In this document: positions 34,387 through 38,465 of the stretch, piece after piece | Layout: each line of letters starts with the position of its first letter | How positions within the stretch are numbered: position 1 is the first letter of the stretch | Source of the DNA: a virus | Lineage: Duplodnaviria; Caudoviricetes | Length of the DNA: 38,465 bases | Direction: 5' to 3' (one strand) | IMG/VR virus record: IMGVR_UViG_3300044983_000082 | Location: 1 to 38,465 of that record | The notes under the pieces: model-generated | Databases searched by the model: none | Told to the model about the DNA's origin: nothing | What the model saw: the letters and a program-made list of their open reading frames with translations, nothing else | Position numbers and translations under genes: made by a program

Positions 34387-34827
34387 CTAGCGCGCCCCGA
34401 GGAAGTGTGCAAGCTCTCTCGTGCGTCGAGCTGTCTGTCCGTCAACGACCGTCTTCTTGCCCTTGATCGTGACCTTGTTCCAGCGCGTGAACTCCAGCGC
34501 CGCACCGAGCTTGTCCTGGTCGTTCAGCTTGTCGAGCAGGGTCGAGGTCGCGAATGCGCCGGCACCGATGTTGAAGATCAGGCAGACCAGCGCCTCGTGC
34601 TCGCACTGACGCAGGGAGCGCGTCACGTGCCGCAGGATCGCCTCCTCGGCGACCTCGACGTCCTGGTCCAGAAGCGAGTCAGCCTGGCCGCTCGTGATGA
34701 TCTGGCCTTCCTTGACGCCGCGCGTGTGCCCGTAGCCGATGGTCCAGACGCCCGCATCGTCCTGATAGGCCTTCAGCCTCAGGCCCTCGAACCCCTTCAG
34801 CATGTCCAGAGCGAAGTCGGTCAACAT
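34387..34827 (-). CDS. Endolysin, GH24 lysozyme (muramidase)
   Basis: FEGLRLKAYQDDAGVWTIGYGHT (E-x8-D-x5-T), FNIGAGAF, RWNK; AAGGAG SD. Confidence 0.95.
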   Translation of the reverse strand: MLTDFALDMLKGFEGLRLKAYQDDAGVWTIGYGHTRGVKEGQIITSGQADSLLDQDVEVAEEAILRHVTRSLRQCEHEALVCLIFNIGAGAFATSTLLDKLNDQDKLGAALEFTRWNKVTIKGKKTVVDGQTARRTRELAHFLGAR

Positions 34828-34912
34828 GGGCGTCTCCTTGGGGGCGCGATCCAGCCGTGTCTCGGGTCCCGCACCCAGCGGACTCCGTGCTCGTAGTGGA
34901 ACTCGGTCACGT

Positions 34913-34981
34913 TGGCACCCAGCCCAGGAGTCGAACCCGGCTGCTCGGCTTTTGGAGGGCCAGCAGGCGCCTGCACCGGAT
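34913..34981 (-). tRNA. Atypical tRNA-Trp(CCA), 69 nt, D-arm reduced
   Basis: Acceptor ATCCGGT/GCTGGGT, loop CTCCAAA, T-arm CCGGG-TTCGACT-CCTGG, G73, encoded CCA; only 12 nt in the D region. Confidence 0.7.
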
Positions 34982-34984
34982 AGT

Positions 34985-35060
34985 TGGTCGTCCCGGGCGG
35001 GCTCGAACCGCCGACCTGGCGCATATCAGGCGCCTGCTCTACCGACTGAGCTACGGGACA
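34985..35060 (-). tRNA. tRNA-Ile(GAT)
   Basis: 76-nt cloverleaf; GGCGC-CTGATAT-GCGCC, GGCGG-TTCGAGC-CCGCC, A73, CCA. Confidence 0.95.
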
Positions 35061-35064
35061 GAGG

Positions 35065-35126
35065 GGGTTGCGGTGCCGGGAGTGTGTGCCCGATCTTACG
35101 AGTGGCTCGCTTGCCACTACACCGCG
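35065..35126 (-). ncRNA. Anticodon-less tRNA-like element
   Basis: CGCGGTG/CACCGCA-A-CCC acceptor-like stem, AGTGGC/GCCACT hairpin, TCGGG/CCCGG arm. Confidence 0.45.
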
Positions 35127-35134
35127 CCTTCGAT

Positions 35135-35210
35135 TGGCTGCAGGGGCAGGGCTCGAACCTGCCACCCTCACGTTAACAGCGTGCCGCTCTACCGACTGAG
35201 CTACCCTGCA
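35135..35210 (-). tRNA. tRNA-Asn(GTT)
   Basis: 76-nt cloverleaf; loop CTGTTAA, U1-A72, G73, CCA. Confidence 0.95.
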
Positions 35211-35215
35211 ATGAT

Positions 35216-35289
35216 TGGTTCGGTCTCCTCGACTTGAACGAGGATTGGCGGGTTCAGAGCCCGGTGTCCTACCATTGGACGAAGACCGA
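35216..35289 (-). tRNA. tRNA-Gln(CTG)
   Basis: 74-nt cloverleaf; loop CTCTGAA, U1-A72, T-arm CCTCG-TTCAAGT-CGAGG, CCA. Confidence 0.92.
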
Positions 35290-35294
35290 GTGAT

Positions 35295-35437
35295 TAGGGC
35301 GCCCGCTCCGGCAGGCCTCGGCTGCTTGGTGCTCCCTGACCGGTCGAGCTGGCAGTACGCCACCAGCGCGCAGGGAGGCGATGCATGCTGTGCATCTGCC
35401 GGAGCGAACTCGGCGCCGTTTTGCAGGCGGCGCCTAG
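35295..35437 (-). ncRNA. ~140-nt multi-helix RNA with SRP helix-8-like motif
   Basis: 11-bp CGCTCCGGCAG/CTGCCGGAGCG stem, several internal hairpins, ACC-GGTCAGG-N7-AAGCAGCC-GAGGC; fills the gap between two tRNAs. Confidence 0.6.
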
Positions 35438-35440
35438 AGT

Positions 35441-35533
35441 TGGGGGCACACGACGGGATTTGAACCCGTGAGCCGGGTGTACCGGCTGGCAGACTCACAT
35501 TCTGCTGACATAAGCCGCTCGTCCACATGGCCC
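35441..35533 (-). tRNA. Atypical class II tRNA with His anticodon (GTG), 93 nt
   Basis: G-1:C73, GCAGA-ATGTGAG-TCTGC, variable arm AGCCGG-TACAC-CCGGCT, ACGGG-TTCAAAT-CCCGT, CCA; one bulged T in acceptor. Confidence 0.8.
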
Positions 35534-35566
35534 ATAACCTTGAAAGTGTTGGTTTTTTAGGTGGTT

Positions 35567-35593
35567 TGCCAACGACCACTCGGCCATACCCGT
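35567..35593 (-). pseudogene. 5' fragment of a Ser/Leu-type tRNA
   Basis: ACGGGTA-TG-GCC-GAGTGGTCGTT-GGC-A D-arm with no anticodon stem or T-arm downstream. Confidence 0.45.
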
Positions 35594-35603
35594 GCCTTAC
35601 AGG

Positions 35604-35670
35604 AAGCGGAATCAGGACTCGAACCCGACAGCCCTGGCTTATGAGGCCCGGCCGGCGCCATGCACCCGCT
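35604..35670 (-). tRNA. Atypical tRNA with CAT anticodon (Met or Ile2), D-arm reduced, followed by CCT
   Basis: Acceptor AGCGGGT/TTCCGCT, loop CTCATAA, T-arm TCGGG-TTCGAGT-CCTGA; 13 nt in the D region. Confidence 0.65.
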
Positions 35671-35724
35671 GAAAACGTCCCCGGTGTTTACTCACGGTCC
35701 GGGGGAACCGGCCCTCATACTTTC

Positions 35725-35753
35725 AGTATAGCCTAGGCAACGACGGGTTGCCA
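35725..35753 (-). promoter_or_regulatory. Promoter TGGCAA-N17-TATACT for the tRNA/ncRNA cluster
   Basis: - strand reads TGGCAA cccgtcgttgcctaggc TATACT, about 55 nt upstream of the first tRNA. Confidence 0.7.
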
Positions 35754-35996
35754 ACCCTTTTCGACATCGGTGCACCAACTCGCAGTCTTGGGTGCACGTC
35801 GGTCCAGCTCGTCTCGTGCAGCCCAGGCCTGGTAGCTCTGCCAGTCGGCCTGGCTCCGGCCTTCGGCTACGCCTCGCAGCTCGTGATGCTTCAGCCCGAG
35901 GAGCTTGGGGTCCCAGCGATAGGGCGCGAGCAGGATCAGGTTGCCGCGGGCGTCGAGCTTGCGCGGGATAGCGTTCAGCCGTTCGTAGCTTCTCAT
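35733..35996 (-). CDS. Hypothetical protein, 87 aa
   Basis: AGGAGA SD, ATG 35996 (MRSYERLNAIPRKLD...). Confidence 0.7.
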   Translation of the reverse strand: MRSYERLNAIPRKLDARGNLILLAPYRWDPKLLGLKHHELRGVAEGRSQADWQSYQAWAARDELDRRAPKTASWCTDVEKGWQPVVA

Positions 35997-36082
35997 GGCG
36001 GCGTCTCTCCTGCGGCGAGGATGGCGAGCGTCCAGCCGGTTGCGAAGATGGCCGCGAGCAGCAGCACACTCCAGTGGATCAT
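35993..36082 (-). CDS. 29-aa single-TM microprotein MIHWSVLLLAAIFATGWTLAILAAGETPP, not in ORF track
   Basis: ATGA overlaps at both ends, GAGG SD, fills the gap exactly. Confidence 0.65.
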   Translation of the reverse strand: MIHWSVLLLAAIFATGWTLAILAAGETPP

Positions 36083-36324
36083 GTGAAAGCCTCGGTGATG
36101 GGTGGGGGCGCGAAGGTCGCGGGCGTCCAGGTGTAGCGTCCGTGCGCGTCGCGCTTGGTCGGGAGCAGGACCTTGAACGCCTTGCGGGAGAGCAAGAACG
36201 GGGCATGGTCGGGCTCGGGCGGCGGGAGCGTGTCTCCAATGACGATGCAGGGCATAGGCTTGACCTCGTGCAGGGTGTTGCGAGCGAATCGGTTGCGCCC
36301 CCAGGTGGCCATCAGGCGGAACAT
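36079..36324 (-). CDS. Hypothetical protein, 81 aa
   Basis: TGATG coupling to upstream gene, AAGGGG SD. Confidence 0.65.
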   Translation of the reverse strand: MFRLMATWGRNRFARNTLHEVKPMPCIVIGDTLPPPEPDHAPFLLSRKAFKVLLPTKRDAHGRYTWTPATFAPPPITEAFT

Positions 36325-36743
36325 CAGTGCGTCCCCTTCACGAGGCGACGGAGAGCTTCGTTCTCCAGGTGCATGATCGTTCGGTGTGCGTGGTACTCGC
36401 CCCGCAGGCCCTTGGCGATGGCGTAGTGCAGGTGGCTGGAGTTCATGGCCTGAACTCGGATGGTCTCGCCAGCGCCGGTCTGCCAGGTGGCGTCCTTGCT
36501 GGCTTCGATGCGTCCCGAGATGTACTCGAAGCGCTTCAGGTCGTGTCGAATCTGTGCGTTCGCGAGCTTCAGTCCGTCGCGCTCGATCTCTAGCTCGTGG
36601 ATGCGGTTCAGGAACAGCTCCTTCTCGCCGGCTTGCTCTCGGGTCTGAATGGCTTTGGCATTACGGCCGGCCGCTCGTTGGGCTCGGGCCTTCTTGCAGG
36701 TCTCGCACTTACATACATACGTCTTGGTGTTTTTGGTCTTCAT
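36324..36743 (-). CDS. Hypothetical protein with N-terminal CxCxxC motif and coiled coil
   Basis: AAGGAG SD, ATG 36743 (MKTKNTKTYVCKCETCK...), downstream of promoter 36781-36809. Confidence 0.75.
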   Translation of the reverse strand: MKTKNTKTYVCKCETCKKARAQRAAGRNAKAIQTREQAGEKELFLNRIHELEIERDGLKLANAQIRHDLKRFEYISGRIEASKDATWQTGAGETIRVQAMNSSHLHYAIAKGLRGEYHAHRTIMHLENEALRRLVKGTH

Positions 36744-36780
36744 GGTCGGGGTCTCCTTGGCTTGCGCCTTCACTGAGTTG

Positions 36781-36809
36781 AATATGGTCTGGGTCTGTTC
36801 TGTCGTCAA
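36781..36809 (-). promoter_or_regulatory. sigma70-like promoter TTGACG-N17-CATATT
   Basis: - strand reads TTGACG acagaacagacccagac CATATT. Confidence 0.65.
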
Positions 36810-36852
36810 GATCTGTTGTCTCTTTTTCTTCACCTCCACCGACTGGCGCCAT

Positions 36853-37027
36853 GCCCTCCTAGACGAAAGGGAACCCCTTCCCCTTTCTCTAGGGGGCGCT
36901 GATGCGGACTGTCCGCACCCGGACAAGAGAAAACATGCCACTTCGTGCCTGTCCGCGGGGGGTCGGACAAGCAAAACGAGCGGACAGGCTGATCTGGCAT
37001 GTTTTCTCTTGTCCTTTTTCTGTCCGC
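36853..37027. repeat. Nested inverted repeats and iterated TGTCCG/CGGACA motifs, candidate replication origin
   Basis: Perfect 20-bp IR 36921-36940/36995-37014, inner 10-bp IR 36947-36956/36980-36989, palindrome 36903-36917, hairpin 36853-36897. Confidence 0.7.
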
Positions 37028-37030
37028 AGA

Positions 37031-38464
37031 TCAGGCATGGCCGAGGCGGACAAGCTCGATCACCCGGTGCGCGGCTGCGGGCGGGACAGTGCCGGCCGCC
37101 GGGATGTAGTTGGTCCCGTGCGTACTGACGATCAGCCCGGCCTGTGCGAGCGCGCCAACGACCTGAACCGCGCGACGCTTGGTCCGGCCGGTCGTCCCAG
37201 GAGGAGCGCCGGCCGCCGTGAGCAGGTCGGCATAGCTCGCGCTCCCGAGTCGGTGGATGTGGGTCAGCATGTCGTATTGCATCTGCTGGCCGGGCGAGAC
37301 CTCCAGCGTGTCGTCCTGGATGGTCTGGGCGTCAACCAGAACGATGCGCGCGCCCGTCAGGCGCCCTGAGCCATCGACATCGCGGTCCCACTGCGTGGCG
37401 AACTCCTCCGGGCCGCGTCCGTCGTGCTCCTCGACCTTGCGCCCCAGAGACCATAGGCGCGGGGCGTCCGTGATCGGCCTGCCGTCGGCGTCCTTGGCGA
37501 GATTCATGTTCCACATGGCGCCGCAGGCTGCCGCGATGGCCTGAGAGCCAAAGAACCCCGGCTTGCCCTTCGGTGAGTGCATCGCCCAGAGCCACGTGCC
37601 GCCCAGGTTCTTGCTGTACCAGAGCGGCTCTGCCGCCTCGGGGCTGTTCATGTCGAGGCCTGCAGCGATGGCGAACAGGGAGTCCAGGATCACGAGCTTG
37701 TAGCCGCCGCGCTGGGCCTCCTCGACGATGGGGGCGAGCCCAGCAGGATCGAAGGCCTGGTACTTATTGACGCACTTCAGGCGTCCAGGCCACACCTTGA
37801 TCGGGAGCTCCCTGGCGTCGATGCCCATGCCTCGGGCCAACATCTGGTAGCGCCAGCGCGTGGCGTACTCGCCCGCGTCCGTCGAGACGTGGAGCACCGG
37901 CCCCTGGTCTGCGGCGAACTTCCCGAAGATCGGGCGCCCGGTAGCAACGGCGAGCGCCATCGCCTGCAGGCTCCAGGTCTTGCCGGCGTTCGGCTCGGCG
38001 ACCACAGCCGCTGGGCGTCCCGGGCAGAGCTGCAGATCCTGGCACAACCACTGGATCGGCGGCAGCGGTGCCATGAGGTCGGCCCAGGTCAACCAACCGG
38101 GGGTCGCAGGCTTGGCCACTTCGGGCGCTGGGTCCGGTGCCTTCTCCAGGCGCGTATACGGCTCCAGGATGTTCCGAGGCTCGGGCCACATGGACAGCTC
38201 GGCGGCCACAGCTGGGAGCCCACGCAGGGCGTCCAGCGCCTCTAGGCTGTGGCGTTTTCCGCAGTGCTGGTGAGCGCAGACGAAGTGCCCCATCCGGTCC
38301 TCGGTGTCGTCCACGAAGGTGCCGCTCGTGTTCTTGCCGCTGTGCTCGTGCGACCAAGGGCAGGTGACGACCAGCTTCTGACCGTCCACGCGCTGAACCC
38401 GGCCGGCCGCTACGAACGCAGCCCCGACCTTGGTCGCTCGCGCGGAGCTGCCAACGTAGGTCTC
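37031..38464 (-). CDS. 5'-truncated primase-associated RepA/AAA_25-type replicative helicase
   Basis: Frame open to the window edge; Zn finger CPW...H...C.H.HC, Walker A AEPNAGKT, Walker B LVILDS, MHSPK, GSQAI; possible C-terminal winged helix. Confidence 0.88.
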   Translation of the reverse strand, partial: ETYVGSSARATKVGAAFVAAGRVQRVDGQKLVVTCPWSHEHSGKNTSGTFVDDTEDRMGHFVCAHQHCGKRHSLEALDALRGLPAVAAELSMWPEPRNILEPYTRLEKAPDPAPEVAKPATPGWLTWADLMAPLPPIQWLCQDLQLCPGRPAAVVAEPNAGKTWSLQAMALAVATGRPIFGKFAADQGPVLHVSTDAGEYATRWRYQMLARGMGIDARELPIKVWPGRLKCVNKYQAFDPAGLAPIVEEAQRGGYKLVILDSLFAIAAGLDMNSPEAAEPLWYSKNLGGTWLWAMHSPKGKPGFFGSQAIAAACGAMWNMNLAKDADGRPITDAPRLWSLGRKVEEHDGRGPEEFATQWDRDVDGSGRLTGARIVLVDAQTIQDDTLEVSPGQQMQYDMLTHIHRLGSASYADLLTAAGAPPGTTGRTKRRAVQVVGALAQAGLIVSTHGTNYIPAAGTVPPAAAHRVIELVRLGHA

Positions 38465-38465
38465 G

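Larger units (their letters stand above)
1..38465. mobile_element. Tailed dsDNA bacteriophage genome segment (podovirus-type virion gene set), probably most of the genome
   Basis: TerL, portal, MCP, nozzle/adaptor/ejection-type genes, endolysin, PolA and helicases; tightly coupled genes (ATGA/TAATG overlaps); no tape-measure, sheath, integrase or host housekeeping genes seen. Confidence 0.95.

Noticed and set aside
34821-34910. 29-codon GTG ORF between tRNA-Trp and endolysin
   Set aside because: Starts 2 nt after the tRNA CCA with no SD; unsupported
35412-35434. tRNA-Cys suggested by a CTGCAAA loop in a GGCGCCG/CGGCGCC hairpin
   Set aside because: No D-arm, T-arm or acceptor in register; treated as part of the 140-nt ncRNA
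36744-36974. N-terminal extension of ORF 36324-36974 in the ORF track
   Set aside because: Runs through the promoter and the cruciform region; a strong SD supports ATG 36743
1-38465. Stop-codon reassignment or a temperate lifestyle
   Set aside because: Core genes are intact in the standard code and use TAA, TAG and TGA as stops; no suppressor tRNA, integrase or repressor is visible, though the missing part of the genome is unknown

Overview
The window is most of a GC-rich dsDNA tailed-phage genome with a podovirus-type gene set; no integrase, repressor or host genes are visible. The + arm (1-11272) is a replication/nucleotide module: Cas4-like nuclease, SF2 helicase, putative SSB, Dam-type MTase, family-A DNA polymerase, DUF5664-type diphosphohydrolase, 5'(3')-nucleotidase, Lar-like, RuvC-like and a metallophosphoesterase. 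The convergent - arm (38465 to 11374) runs: primase-associated helicase, a cruciform origin-like region, small genes, a tRNA/ncRNA cluster, endolysin, an HslV-like Ntn protease, major capsid, accessory virion proteins, adaptor, tail fibre, nozzle, three ejection-type proteins, portal, scaffold, a tandem double-GroES, TerS and TerL. The most unusual part is a ~0.8 kb RNA cluster (34913-35753) under one sigma70-like promoter. It mixes three normal tRNAs (Ile, Asn, Gln) with two related D-arm-reduced tRNAs (Met, Trp), a His-anticodon tRNA with a Ser/Leu-type long variable arm, an anticodon-less tRNA-like element, and a ~140-nt structured RNA carrying an SRP helix-8-like motif. All calls come from motif reading and manual folding; no database searches or folding programs were run.
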